Positions 1 to 12,189 are shown, counted from the stretch's first letter. The stretch: DNA of 64,000 nt from Vairimorpha necatrix (GCA_036630325.1 CP142728.1:434001-498000), one strand, 5' to 3'. Translations and numbers: made by a program. The notes: generated from the sequence alone by a model not told the origin.

Positions 1-609
1 ATAATACGTTTTTTCTATTTCATGGCGGAAAATCACTTTGTATAATTCTATTTGTCCGATTTCCATTTCAATTGATATTTATAATTTCATTTATGATTGC
101 TATTATTCGTGATATAAAAAATACGAAATTAAAATAAAAAAACGGGAAAAGGTCCCGCTTATTTGTTTTATTCCAGTTACTATGTATCCGCCTTATTCAA
201 AATTTATTTATTATTGTACTTATTTTTGATCAGATAATATCAGAAATAATTGTAAATTTATGACTAGAGACGCGAACTACCCAAAGCTAGAATATTATAT
301 AGGTATTAAATTGATATAATGTATCTTTCTATAGATACTAACTCATAAAACATAATTTTCTTTATTCGGATTTCTTCTAAAAACTGCTCTTTTGTAAGTT
401 TTATTTTGTGAATTGTATTGTATGCATGAAATATTTGATTTTTACATAAAAATTACGTTATCCTACTAGTTTGGTTTTTAAAGCCACATAATTATAAGTG
501 AATCATAATATCACTCTCAACGTGCATATAAGGATGAGCTCGTACATCGAAGGTGGGTAGATATAAATCCCCGGGACTAAAACTTGAAACTTTTTGCGAT
601 AAACATAAC

Positions 610-1226
610 ACCGATAATTATGAAGTTGGTTCAATGTAATTTATGTTCGTCCATCCGAAAGGTATAGAATATAAGTAGAAACGTATTTTAAGCCAATAAA
701 AGCACTCTTATAATTATTATCGTTACGTAAAGTACTTGCCGGTTTTAGCTTATTTGCATTAATGCTACACTCTGTGTGGATCCTAGAGAAAATGAGAGAA
801 TAACCAAAGTAGAGCAACATCGGGTCTAGAAGACCCATTTTTCAAAATTCTTTAACACGGTGGTCGAAACAGCTAGGGACTATTGGTAAACGCAGTTTAA
901 TAAGATGCTGGGCTTGTGACGCGGATATGTAAGATATGCATGATGTTAAGTACCTTTGAGCAAATAAAATGATGTTCGCTCTCTCATTAGTCATACTATA
1001 GGCATAAATATGTCCGCAGTGGTGTACTTTGGACTTTATTATAGGTATAGGTGAATTATATTCTAATGAGCCAAACCAATGAATAAGACGAATTCTGGGG
1101 ATTTAAATGTTTAATTGATGGAGTTTTGGTGAATAAAAATTTAACGCTACCAGTGGAGAAGGATCGCATCAGATAACTTCTAATTCTTTGTAATATTTCT
1201 TCTTTCTTTTACTTACAAGAAAAAAA
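610..1226 (+). mobile_element. Diverged copy of the tRNA-headed SINE-like family (head not recognisable)
   Basis: Colinear blocks shared with 26830-27630 (gataattatgaagttggttcaatg, ggatcctagag, taacacggtggtcgaaac, gtacctttgag, taccagt..ggatc, ttacttacaagaaaaaaa); 5' boundary approximate. Confidence 0.8.
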
Positions 1227-1722
1227 TAAGACTAGCAAATTTGGAAATGTTTTTGTGACGACTTCTAACATATTTTATAATTCTATTAGTAAATTATAAG
1301 TATAAACGAGCTTTAAAAATATTTTAATATTACTCAATACAATAAAAATAAAGTGTTTTAATTTAATTGTTTTAGATTTTGAATGTTATTGAGATTTTTA
1401 TAGTTTCTAGGTCGTACTAGTTCGTTTTATATTAACTCTTCTGAAAATAAATCGCATAAGTTTACGTATATATTTACTCCATGACTTTCATGAACAAATA
1501 ACGAATTTGTTGTGTATTATTATCTTTTTTAATAATATGAAATTGCTGCTTTAACCTCAACCCTTCATGTAAGAATAAAAATTATTTTTCTAGTACATCC
1601 TATCTCATAGATAGTATATAAAGTTAATACGGGTTTCTTGGGATTCTACTATTTTTTGAGGTTTTTAATATTTAAAATTTGCGTATATTTTCTTATTAGA
1701 AAAAATTATAAATGAAAGTATG

Positions 1723-1902
1723 TGTCGTACCTCCTGCGGAAGTACAACTCCAATAAAGATAAGTTTTGAGTAAATAGTTTATTTCTCTTATCTTCCATAC
1801 CCCTAAGTATGGAATTTTCTTTTATAGTTTTTTTTGTTTGTTTACAGGGTAAACAAATCAAGAAATGTCAAAAATGATATGTTTGACATGTGGGATACCA
1901 CA
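1723..1902 (-). repeat. 3' LTR of family A copy 1
   Basis: Direct repeat of 5638-5817, preceded on the minus strand by the purine tract AAAAGAAGAGGGTAGGA. Confidence 0.97.
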
Positions 1903-1904
1903 TC

Positions 1905-4835
1905 CTACCCTCTTCTTTTAATGTCCTTTATGTGGATCCAGTTGCCTCCTTCTTCTACTTTAACCCAGTTTCCTTTCTTCCCAACCTCTTTGATCGTACA
2001 GGGTCCTTTATATTGTTCATCCATTTTCCCAGCTTTGACATCTCTTACAAATACTTTATCATTTATTTTTAATTTTTTATCGTTATTCTGGTTCAGTGTG
2101 GCTGGAACTGATTTGTATTTTGGTTCCTTTAGGTTGCTTTGTCGTCTGAATGGGTCAAAAAAGCTGTATTGTTTCTCTAATTCGAATGGAGAACATCCAA
2201 TAGTTCTTTTGTAATTTACGTTAAGTTTAATGTTAATTTTATTTGTTATGTCGTTGATGTTATTTAGCTTGTTTATCCTTAGACATTCAGCTATTATACT
2301 GTTTTGCCTTTCTGCCATTCCGTTGCTTTGTGGATGGTATATTGGAGTGTTAACGAGTTTAATTCCTCTACTTTTCTCATATTTTTCTCTGAGTTTTTCT
2401 CCGGTAAATTGTGTGCCATTGTCCATGATAATTTTTTCTGGCTGTTGAAATTCTTGTATCCATTTATCTATACATTTTATTATTGTATCTTCCGTTATGT
2501 TATATAGAAGGTATACCCTTGAAATTCTTGAGTAAACGTCTGTTATGCAAAGGTAATAAGCCTTATAATGGATTGTATCATGTTCAAAATTTTCAAGTTC
2601 AAATGGTCCAAATATGTCCATGGCTATTGTTCCGTAAATTTTATCAGATTCGATCTGTAATTTCTGAGTTTTGACTTTCTCTTTCTTATTTAAGTTACAC
2701 ATTCTGCAATTTTTTGTTATTGCTATTATTTTGTTCTTTAATCCAATTATGTTGTAGAAAGGAGAGAGATTCTTGTTTAATACTACGATTCCTGGGTGGC
2801 CGGCTAGTTCATGTATTTTTGTTATAAAATTTTCTGCTTCGGTGTTTTTGATCATTATTTTGTCATCTTTATTTCTTTCCCAGTTTTCCTTTCCGGATTT
2901 ATCGTCTGATATTTTTTCTACATATTGTTCTATTATATTCGTAAGGTTATTTCCATGTCTGACATTTTCTATTTTAAAACATCTTGATAGGTAGTCAGCT
3001 ACTGAGTTATTCTCTCCTGCGATTTGTTTTATGCAGTAATTGTGCTCTATCATCATCGCGTCCCATCTTTCTATTCTTCTGCTTATTTTGCTTTTAAATA
3101 GACAATTCCTGTTATCTGTATAGATTTCGACGTAATTTCCGAGTACTATGTTTCTGCACTTATCCATCGCGTATACTATTGCAAAGTATTCTTTTTCCAC
3201 TATTGTATAATTTCTTTCAGTTTTATTAAATTTCATGCTTATATTTAAAATTATTCCGTGTTCTTGTGATAGTACTGCGCCCATTCCTAGTTCAGAGGCG
3301 TCGCAATGTAGTGTAAATTTTTTACTGTAGTCTGGCAGTACTAGATGGCTATTGTTCTTTAGTGTACTTACTAATTTGTTTATTATTAGATTGTCTTCTT
3401 TTGTTAGCTTGACTTTTTTTTCGTTTCCTTTTAGCTTTTCGGTTAAGCTTAGAATTTCTAGACTTAAGTTTGGAATGTATTTTCTGTACCAATTAAATAT
3501 GCCAATTATTTTTTGCAGGTCTTTTTTAGTGTGGCATTTCATGTTTTCTGTTAGTTTACAGTCTTTCGTGAGAGGGTACATTTTTCCGTTAAAAATTCTT
3601 GTTCCTAGGATTTCGGTGTCCTTTGTGCAAAACTCTGATTTTGCGAAATTTACATTTACATTGTAATGTTTCAATCTTGTGAACAGTTCTTTAAGCGTAT
3701 TGAGGTGTGATTCGTAGTCCTTTGTGGCAATTATTATGTCGTCTATATATACTGAAATGTTATTTATCCCGAAAAGTATTTTGTTCATGATTTTCTGAAA
3801 AGCTTTTGGTCCATTTTTTAATCCAAAAGGAAGTCTTTTGTACCTGAATGTTTTACCAAATATCGAAAATGCTGTCCATTTTCTGCTATCTTTTGCTAGG
3901 AGTAATTGATTAAACCCGTTTGTCAAGTCTAATTTGCTTATTACTTCGCTTTTACCAAGTTGATAAATAATATCGTCCATTTTGGGTATTATTTCCACTT
4001 CATCTTCAACAAAGTTATTTATTTCTCTATAGTCTACTATTAATCTCATTTTCCCATTTTTCTTTTTCTTAAAAAATGCGGGACTTGTGTATCTTTCATT
4101 ACATTCTTCTATTATGTCAGCGGTTATAAGTCGTTGTATTTCGGCTATTGCATCTTCTTTAAAGTTTGATGGTACGGCATAGTTAATTTTCTTACATTTT
4201 ATGTCGTTGTTTGAAACTTGTAATTTAACGTGATCTGTGTTTATAGGACAATTTTCTTTGATTTCTCTTTTATAATTATCTATAATTTCCCTAAGTCTTT
4301 CTTCTTCCTTAGTGATAAGTATTTTTCCTGGGGGTTTTTCGAATTCTGTTTCTTCTGCATTTGTTTTCATATTTACGGTTGCGTTGTTCCAGATTATTTT
4401 CTTTCTTGTAAAATCTAATATAATATCGATTCTCGACATGAAATCTCTACCAAGTATAATATTGACTGGTAGGTTTTTTAATAAGTAAAATTCAATCTTG
4501 CATGTCTCGTTTTGATCCTTTAATTTTAAGTCGAGTTCTATTGTAGTGTTAGTTTTTTCACTAGATTTATTACCGAACATTACCTGGATCTCTTTGTTTT
4601 CTCTAGTGGTGATGTTCCATTGTTCTACGAGGTCTGCTTTTATAAAGTTTAATCCTGCTCCGCAGTCTATAGTTCCTGTTGACTCATGTTTTGTGTTGAT
4701 TATGAGTGGGATATCGAGTTGTTCGACAATGTTAGGATTTTCTAAAATAACATAGTTTAAAGAGTTTTTATTTTCCCTGGGCTCTGAAGTCTTTCTCGTT
4801 GTATTTTTTAAATTTTGATTGGTATCGGGAACTAC
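1905..4835 (-). CDS. pol: Pol polyprotein frame (aspartic protease, RT, RNase H, integrase)
   Basis: Frame stays open upstream of the 4580 ATG through the protease motif IDCGAG; RT LPFGLKNGP/YIDD; RNase H CDAS..GAVL; integrase HHCC and D,D-35-E (MDIFGP, MDNGTQF, NGMAER); GP-type C-terminus. Confidence 0.92.
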   Translation of the reverse strand, partial: VVPDTNQNLKNTTRKTSEPRENKNSLNYVILENPNIVEQLDIPLIINTKHESTGTIDCGAGLNFIKADLVEQWNITTRENKEIQVMFGNKSSEKTNTTIELDLKLKDQNETCKIEFYLLKNLPVNIILGRDFMSRIDIILDFTRKKIIWNNATVNMKTNAEETEFEKPPGKILITKEEERLREIIDNYKREIKENCPINTDHVKLQVSNNDIKCKKINYAVPSNFKEDAIAEIQRLITADIIEECNERYTSPAFFKKKKNGKMRLIVDYREINNFVEDEVEIIPKMDDIIYQLGKSEVISKLDLTNGFNQLLLAKDSRKWTAFSIFGKTFRYKRLPFGLKNGPKAFQKIMNKILFGINNISVYIDDIIIATKDYESHLNTLKELFTRLKHYNVNVNFAKSEFCTKDTEILGTRIFNGKMYPLTKDCKLTENMKCHTKKDLQKIIGIFNWYRKYIPNLSLEILSLTEKLKGNEKKVKLTKEDNLIINKLVSTLKNNSHLVLPDYSKKFTLHCDASELGMGAVLSQEHGIILNISMKFNKTERNYTIVEKEYFAIVYAMDKCRNIVLGNYVEIYTDNRNCLFKSKISRRIERWDAMMIEHNYCIKQIAGENNSVADYLSRCFKIENVRHGNNLTNIIEQYVEKISDDKSGKENWERNKDDKIMIKNTEAENFITKIHELAGHPGIVVLNKNLSPFYNIIGLKNKIIAITKNCRMCNLNKKEKVKTQKLQIESDKIYGTIAMDIFGPFELENFEHDTIHYKAYYLCITDVYSRISRVYLLYNITEDTIIKCIDKWIQEFQQPEKIIMDNGTQFTGEKLREKYEKSRGIKLVNTPIYHPQSNGMAERQNSIIAECLRINKLNNINDITNKINIKLNVNYKRTIGCSPFELEKQYSFFDPFRRQSNLKEPKYKSVPATLNQNNDKKLKINDKVFVRDVKAGKMDEQYKGPCTIKEVGKKGNWVKVEEGGNWIHIKDIKRRG

Positions 4836-5713
4836 TGTCTTTTGTAGTTGTTGAATTTTTCGTGTTTTACTTTGCTCATATTCGATCGATTTGTTTCATT
4901 GCTTTGCCCGCAGTCTCTCGTTGTATGTCCCAAAGTTTTGTGGACTTTACACCATTTTTTCATGAATCTTATACCTGAGGTGTTATTTAGCTTTCTCGGT
5001 ATGTTAAATCTTGTTATTATGTTTTCTTCAATTCTTTTTAGGGCTGGTATGATTTCGGGTAGTGTTTCGAAGTTTTGTTCCTCGAGATATCTTACTGTTT
5101 CTAAGCCTAGTCCTCTGTATAGAGATTCCTTTGATCTTCGTTCATATTCTTTCATGCTACAGTTGGATACTTTACTGTAGATAGTTAATCGATTCATGAT
5201 TTCGTTTACATAGTCGTCGAAGAAGATGTGGTCAGTCTGTTTGAGATTACTCAGTTCTGCTATTAAGTTCTCGACCCTTTTCTGTGAAAATACTTTGGAC
5301 ATGATGTATTTTTTGTTCTCTTCATAATCATCTTTCAATTTGGTTTTATCTATAATCTGATCTTCTATAAGATCGTATAAAAAGAGCCTTTTAGTTTCTT
5401 CATTCCATTGGTTCCTTTGGAAAATTTCTTCGATCTTTTTGAACCATCCTAGTAGATCGATTTCGAATATGTCGTTGATCAGTTCTACATTCTTAGTGAT
5501 TCCTAGATCCACTTCACCTGTCTTAATTCTTATGGTGACTACTTTTGTTTCTTGAATTTTGGAGTTGTGCCCTGCGATTTCTCTTCCTAGCGTGGGTGGG
5601 AGTTCATTATATTTGTACTCTCTTATTGAATTCAATATGTCGTACCTCCTGCGGAAGTACAACTCCAATAAAGATAAGTTTTGAGTAAATAGTTTATTTC
5701 TCTTATCTTCCAT
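4832..5713 (-). CDS. gag: Gag-like protein with CX2HX4HX4C knuckle
   Basis: ATG at 5713 lies inside the 5' LTR after GGGGT; WCKVHKTLGHTTRDC; colinear with the N-terminus of ORF 29670-33479. Confidence 0.88.
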   Translation of the reverse strand: MEDKRNKLFTQNLSLLELYFRRRYDILNSIREYKYNELPPTLGREIAGHNSKIQETKVVTIRIKTGEVDLGITKNVELINDIFEIDLLGWFKKIEEIFQRNQWNEETKRLFLYDLIEDQIIDKTKLKDDYEENKKYIMSKVFSQKRVENLIAELSNLKQTDHIFFDDYVNEIMNRLTIYSKVSNCSMKEYERRSKESLYRGLGLETVRYLEEQNFETLPEIIPALKRIEENIITRFNIPRKLNNTSGIRFMKKWCKVHKTLGHTTRDCGQSNETNRSNMSKVKHEKFNNYKRQ

Positions 5714-5817
5714 ACCCCTAAGTATGGAATTTTCTTTTATAGTTTTTTTTGTTTGTTTACAGGGTAAACAAATCAAGAAATGTCAAAAATGATATGTTTG
5801 ACATGTGGGATACCACA
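5638..5817 (-). repeat. 5' LTR of family A copy 1
   Basis: Direct repeat of 1723-1902; followed by palindrome TATTGAATTCAATA (5624-5637). Confidence 0.97.
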
Positions 5818-5859
5818 GTATGATATTTGAGTTTTTGCGATTTTATTAAAAAATTATGT

Positions 5860-6345
5860 TTTTTATTGAAGTTTTAGAAATCATTCAGTCCAGGAATGTG
5901 TAGCTAATGAGTATGTTGAGATACAGTTGACAGTAGGATACATTGAAGTATTAAATAAAGTATAACAAGCCTGATATACTAATTGTGGATAAGTTGAGGA
6001 AAGAAGTGATCGTTGTTGAAGTTGGAATCACAAGCTATAACAACCTTCATAGGTAGAAACAGAAAAGAAACATAAATACGACTTGCTTGCAAATCATGTA
6101 GCTTTTCTCTATAAATATAAGCCAAAAATTATTTCTTATGTGATAACTTAAGGTGGAATAGTAACTTATTATAACCTCTCGCATATCAAAGAGCTCGAAT
6201 TAGAACCCAGAACGGAAGCATATATACAGACAAGAGTCTTTAAATGACTTCTGAAAGCCTAACCATGTCAGTCGGACATGGGTTTGATACACATCAGGAT
6301 GGGGTATTAGAAAACCCAATATGTGGATTTCAGAAGGAACTCCGG
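5860..6345 (+). pseudogene. Degenerate 3' fragment of an RLE-type (restriction-like endonuclease) non-LTR retrotransposon
   Basis: Broken translation NKPDILIVDKLRKEVIVVEVGITS..VETEKKHKYDLLANH matches the PD..D..E..K..KY motif; boundaries approximate. Confidence 0.75.
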
Positions 6346-7492
6346 GAATTTTCAGAAGAAATTGTGAAAATTAATAGTAAGTAAGATATTATATTATACT
6401 CCAATGGAGTTTTATTTAAAATCTTCATTCTTAGGCAAGATTTCATTCTTTTCATTCTTCAGATTGCAAAAAAAGTCTAATAAAATTTTATGAAAAGATT
6501 ATTTCCATCAGTGTTCAAAATTTTCAGAGTTATTATAGGCTAGAGAAAATCCAAGGAATGATTTTCAAAAACTAGTATGTCTTGGCGCTATTTAAGCTCT
6601 AATATAGCAATATAATATTTAAGTTCCGTATTTTCTTATTATACCAAGGCTTATATCCAGTCTATGATTTTAAAAAGATTTGAAGTGTATTCTTAACCTT
6701 TAAAAGATAGAACTCTCTTAGAGAAGATTATAGCACGTGAGCGAAAACATAGCAAATTGCATGCAAAAGGATGGGTACTACGCCAAGTGTGAATAGTGGT
6801 TAACTACATTACTACTTTTTTTTACAAAAAATAAACTTTCATTTTGTATTTTTATCAATATAAGTATTTACAATTTTAAGTCCCTAAAAAAAATTCTTAT
6901 GAGGAATATATGAGCACAACGTTTTAGTTTAGACGAAATGCAATAGCGATAATATCTAGGAAATACAGCTGAATTAAATATATAGTAATGTTTTAATTTT
7001 GTAAAAAACAATATTTAATGAGATATAGATTATAAGGCCTAAAATCTTTGTGAGCTCAAACGTTATAGGAAAGTTATTAATTTATAAAAGCACGAATTCA
7101 TTTTTCTGACCAAATAATTTTCGAAGATATATTTCAAGTAGATAATTTAGTTATATATTTAGATCTATGAGATTAATTTTTTTTAAACTATATTACAGTT
7201 TTAATTTAACTTCAATTTTATTGTAAAATACAAATGAAAATAAGAATTCTAAGCTTTCATGCCAAAAGTTTATGTTAATGAATTGAACTATAGTGTTCTT
7301 TTTAATATTTTTAGGATAAAATTTTTCGTTGCAGTAAAAACCTTAGATCTAGTTTTTTATCTTAACAAGATTTTTCTTTTTCTGCATTGTAAGAATAGTT
7401 TATCGAAATTTAAATTCCATTGTAAATTTGATTCTTGTTTTATTTATCACATATAAATTTTTTTAAACTGTTACAATTAAATCAAAATGGTT

Positions 7493-8443
7493 TTAATCTA
7501 TAATTCCATATTTTGATCTCAGTATCTCAAGATTTGACACAACATTTGTGCAATTTGTAGTAATTTGCGGCAAACTTGTAAAGAAACTTTGCATTTTATC
7601 TGAGACTACGTTTAATGCATCCTTTTCATCATCAGTTAACATATTATTACAAATCTTTTCCAAATTTGCTCTAAATAATAGAAAATTTTTAATTATGTTA
7701 TAATTATTACATAAGCAATTTAGTTTTGAAGGTATTTTTTTAAATATTGAAATTATTTTGCAACTTGAAAGTGTATATCGCAATTGAATAATTGACATTT
7801 TACTTATATAATTAAAACACACGTTTAAAGTATTAAACTGTTCCATTAGCACTATGTCGTGACTTTCTTTTTCTTGAGTTCTTGTTAGAATTCCTTCTAT
7901 TTTACTCATAAGCACATCTAAACTTATTCTAAAATAGTAGAAAATTCTATTTAAGTTATGTCTGTTTTCATTATATTTCATCATTTCTTCTACTGACTTA
8001 TTACATTTTATTCTTATATATTCTGCTTTAAGTTTTTCGTCTTCTTTTTCCCATATCTTAATTTGATCTTGCAATTTTTCTAATGGTAATTTGGGTTCGA
8101 AATAATCTTCTTGGCTTTTTTCTTTATTTTTATTTTGTAATGTATATAACTGTATATTCGGATTTGAACACACGCGCTTTGCGCGTGGGCTATGATCATC
8201 ATTTATATGAATAGATGTTTCTTTAAAGATGCAATCTTGTGTTGTTTCTGAAATTTCGGTTTGACTTATAGCATTCAAAGATCTTTTTCTTTTTTTAAAT
8301 GGGAGATTATTTTCTTCAATAACTGTATTGATTTTCGTATCATTTTGATTGTCACGTATTAAAATATCTTTTTCCAATGAATTTGTGTCATTTGTTTCAT
8401 TAAAAATTTCGGTGCATGCAATTAGAAAAATAAATGGAATCAT
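7493..8443 (-). CDS. Hypothetical secreted protein with basic NLS-like motifs
   Basis: 316-aa ORF, CCCC upstream of ATG, short hydrophobic N-terminus, KKRKR and PRAKR motifs. Confidence 0.8.
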   Translation of the reverse strand: MIPFIFLIACTEIFNETNDTNSLEKDILIRDNQNDTKINTVIEENNLPFKKRKRSLNAISQTEISETTQDCIFKETSIHINDDHSPRAKRVCSNPNIQLYTLQNKNKEKSQEDYFEPKLPLEKLQDQIKIWEKEDEKLKAEYIRIKCNKSVEEMMKYNENRHNLNRIFYYFRISLDVLMSKIEGILTRTQEKESHDIVLMEQFNTLNVCFNYISKMSIIQLRYTLSSCKIISIFKKIPSKLNCLCNNYNIIKNFLLFRANLEKICNNMLTDDEKDALNVVSDKMQSFFTSLPQITTNCTNVVSNLEILRSKYGIID

Positions 8444-9108
8444 ATTGGGGATAATACCGTAAAAGTACCTTATTTTAGTTCCTTTTTATTATTTTTGCAA
8501 AAATGAATTACGAACTATAATTTAATTAATAAATAACGATTTATGAGATTTTCAGGTCCTATATTGAATTTTTCACTTTGGTTATAAATTAAAGAATTAT
8601 GTTTATATTTATTTGTTAGTAAAGCAAGTCTATTATATTAGTAATTATATTCAACATATTTTACAAGTTCTATTGTATTGTTAGCGTACACATCATGCTT
8701 ATCAAAAAATACTGTTTTACATGTCAGAATACAATGTATTTACTTGTAAGAGTTTTTATGGCTTGGTAAGTCATGAAATATTATGTAAACATATTCACGA
8801 CGTCTTTTCTCATAGGACAAACTCCTTTTGACCAGTGTTAAACTATTGTTTCTAGAAAACTTAATTACTGTATCATTAAATTTCACGATACATTGTTGTT
8901 ATGGGGATGATATTCATCTGCTAGATTATCCTTTACCATTTATTATTTGTTACTATACAATTAATATATAGTATTTGAAATATTATAATCGGTAAGGACA
9001 GTGATAAGTTTTTCAAAATTTCAATATAATGCAGTTTGTACGTGATTTTTAAGTAAAAATTTTTATAAGTTTTTTCTGACTAACGGAGTACATATTACGT
9101 ATTGATGC

Positions 9109-9458
9109 TGTCATGTATCCGGGGTACATGGCCATTTTTATAATATCTCTCTAAATAGTTTTTAATGTAAATATGTTTATTGATGGTTTTAATCTCTCTC
9201 TTGGATTCTATATATTCCATACCCTTCACAGACAGACTTTCTTTTATAGTTTATTTTTAATTTGAAGATTCTTGTCAACACTAACCTACAAACTTTGGCG
9301 TACTTACGAATGTAGTAACGACCATGCAACTTTCGTTTGTTTGTTTGTTTGTGTGACTCATCTTGACATGTAACTTGAAATGCTTGACATGTCTTTGGTC
9401 ATAAGTGATAGATGACATATTTGACATCTGTTCATGTGATGTAGCAATGTACATCACA
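9109..9458 (-). mobile_element. Solo LTR, family B
   Basis: 350 bp, near-identical reverse complement of LTR 61374-61723; TG..CA; TSD GATGC (9104-9108, 9459-9463). Confidence 0.96.
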
Positions 9459-10653
9459 GATGCACCTATACTTTGTTATTTCTATTAGATAAAACATTTA
9501 AGTAATTTGGAATCATACGTCAGTAAGTTTTTAGTATTTATCTTCTCATTTTTACTTAAGTATAAAAAAAACTTACCATAGCGACCTCTCTTATATTATT
9601 AAATATCAAATGTATAGGGAAAAAAACAAAACTAGCACAAATAATGACAAGCAAAAGCTGACTGTTTTTAAAATACATTACAAGTCCTTTTAAGATTAAT
9701 ACTTTCAACTTAAAGTAAATATTTTACAATGTAATTTATGTACTTATTCGAATAAACGCGTCTATCAGAAAAAAAATATATCTATCAAAACAAAGTCCTT
9801 GTTTTTTAAATTTATGTGTAAGTTTTGATAAATATATAAATTTCATTATATTTTTAATTTTTTTCCAAATGTCCAAAATATAGTTGTTCTAAAGACACTT
9901 ATATATTAATATGAGCTGCATTTAATATTTGGTTTTATTAGTAATTCTTTTTTGAAATAAATAAAACCTGCAAATTTTTAATTTATCAAAAATAAAATGC
10001 GTAATCGTAGTATGATGTAAATTTAAAAAACTATTTTAATAAATAATAAATGCTTATGAATAAAATTCATTTTACAAACAAATGAGGGTTTTTTGTTATG
10101 ATTATAAATTACATAATCAATGTGCATATAATAAAAAAGTATAATAAAAAAACACTGACAAATAATAGCACGGAATACTTAGCTGTTGTTAAAGATAATT
10201 GTAAATTGAAGAATAAATTTATTAAATATATATTCTCAACAGCTGTAAAGAGAAGTTTAGACTATAAAGGTCAATATAAAATTTAATACTTCATGGAGTT
10301 TCAAGAAGACATAATTATTTGACATACACTATTTTTTTGCAGTACTTATAAAGCTTTAGCACTAAAAATGGATCAATAAAAATTTTCAATTACGTCGTCA
10401 TATATTGTCAATCTCTATAAATCTTTTAAAATTATTATTTTTTAATTTTCCTATTACGGCTTGTTTTTTAAGTTAGAAAGTATAATTAAAAATATTACTT
10501 ATTTTCTATCTTCACTTAGTTTTCAATTACCTCTTTATTCCAGAAATATTAGAAAACATTAATGATAGAATATTATAAATTGTCTACAGGGCGTTAGAGT
10601 AAAACTATTTCATTTAGTATTATAATATAACCTTTCGGTTTTCAAATATTCAA

Positions 10654-11060
10654 TTTTTTAGGGTATGCTTATTGTAATTTATATTTTTAGTTTAACAAAA
10701 ATAGGTTCCGCGTTAGCGTCTCCTGCTTGTATGTGGCTTCTCGTCTACATAGTCTGTTCCACATCGGCTTCGTCTCCTCACCTTCGGTAGTCCTGAGTTG
10801 CTTTCTAGCGTCTTCTTTAGCGTGATCATCTGGATGTACGCTTCTGCCTTATTATAGATTTCAAGTCTTGTGGTATAAGATTTACGAAACTTAGGCACTA
10901 TACCATCCCAAGTGATTACGTAGGAATAATTTCTGTTTTTAGTCCATATATTAGGCCCATTTCGTTGCGAGGACATCATACTTTCTTAACTTATCGTATT
11001 AGACTTGATGAAGATTTTCTTGTGATGTGACATATCAATTTTCAAATATTAAATTTTTTT
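10654..11060 (-). mobile_element. 5'-truncated 3' end of an RLE-type non-LTR retrotransposon
   Basis: YVITWDGIV..AEAYIQMITLKKTLES; ends AATAAGCATACCCT-AAAAAA; homologous to 38350-38570 and 56556-56990. Confidence 0.8.
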
Positions 11061-11144
11061 TCATATTTTTACCAGTATTGATAACTTATAAGTCCCATCT
11101 TTTTTTATTCTATATATATTTAATTTTCCTCGTTTCTTCTTTTT

Positions 11145-11855
11145 TTATTCGTCAAATAGTTCTACTTGTATATATTCATATTCTTCACTTATATTTATTT
11201 CCCCTTGATAATATACCTTTTTATTATCATAAACCAGTACCATATTATTTTCTTCTTCTACTTCTATTAATTCACATGTTTTTTTCAAATACAAATATAA
11301 TTCTTCATTACCTTTCACATTTCTAAAATTAAAAATGCAAAATTTTTTATCTTTTTCTTGACTTGTACTTGTCAAGAAATTAAGTGCTAATAATGAATAT
11401 TTTTCTGGTTTTTTATACTTATTTATGAAGTTTACATTCTTTTTACTCGTTTTTATATTTTTTTTCTTGTATATTTTTATATTGACTGGTATATTTTCCT
11501 GGATTTTTCTATAATAAAAGTAATCATTAATATATATATTGTTATGATATTGTGTACAATATTTCAATATCTCATGTTTCTTATGTACTATTTCTTTTTT
11601 TGTAGTTATATAACAATTCATGCTCTTTTTATATTTTATAGGTTCTAGTTCATGTTTTTTGTATGCGGGATTATATTTCCATATGATTAAGTGTGGTACT
11701 AAGAGTTTGAATTTTTCTTTAAGAATATTTTTAGTATGTAGATATTTTTTACTAATAACACGCTTAGTGTTTATAGTTATAATATGTCTTGGTGGAGATA
11801 CATAAGTTAAACACGGGGTAATTATTTTGTATTTTATACTAAAGCCCATATTCAT
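11145..11855 (-). CDS. Hypothetical protein
   Basis: 236-aa ATG ORF in a gene-dense block; no motif recognised. Confidence 0.6.
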   Translation of the reverse strand: MNMGFSIKYKIITPCLTYVSPPRHIITINTKRVISKKYLHTKNILKEKFKLLVPHLIIWKYNPAYKKHELEPIKYKKSMNCYITTKKEIVHKKHEILKYCTQYHNNIYINDYFYYRKIQENIPVNIKIYKKKNIKTSKKNVNFINKYKKPEKYSLLALNFLTSTSQEKDKKFCIFNFRNVKGNEELYLYLKKTCELIEVEEENNMVLVYDNKKVYYQGEINISEEYEYIQVELFDE

Positions 11856-12189
11856 GCTAAATTTACTTATTTATAGTTTTTTCATACATTTTGTTTGTTC
11901 TACAACAAATTACTTTTAAGGTCAACTTTGTTTCCAAAAAGTTTTTTTTATATAGGCGATAAATATGTTTTTAGTATAAATATATGTTGTTTTATTTTTT
12001 TAAATATGTTGCTTTATAATATGTTGTTTTATTTATATAATATGTTTTTTTCCCGTACTCCATACTACTATCCTGTTTTACTCATTTATGTTCTTGTTTT
12101 TCTCATGTATGATCTTGTTTTTCTGCCCTTCTTACAAGATACCTCACTTCTCCTAAATTTGTGTATCTTGTTTTTTCTCATGTATGTTC

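Larger units (their letters stand above)
1723..5817 (-). mobile_element. Ty3/Gypsy LTR retrotransposon, family A copy 1 (full length, gag/pol frameshifted)
   Basis: 180-bp LTRs 1723-1902 and 5638-5817 (TG..CA, no difference seen by eye); 5-bp TSD GTATG (1718-1722, 5818-5822); PPT next to the 3' LTR; domain order gag-PR-RT-RH-INT. Confidence 0.97.

Noticed and set aside
1834-5180. Numerous F/L/I/S-rich ORFs antisense to long genes, here and throughout the window
   Set aside because: Shadow ORFs from A-rich coding strands; no start signal or motifs
8560-8860. Possible Tc1/IS630-like transposase relic (similar faint relics at ~43480-43900 and ~57000-57240)
   Set aside because: Too degraded to support a family call or boundaries by eye
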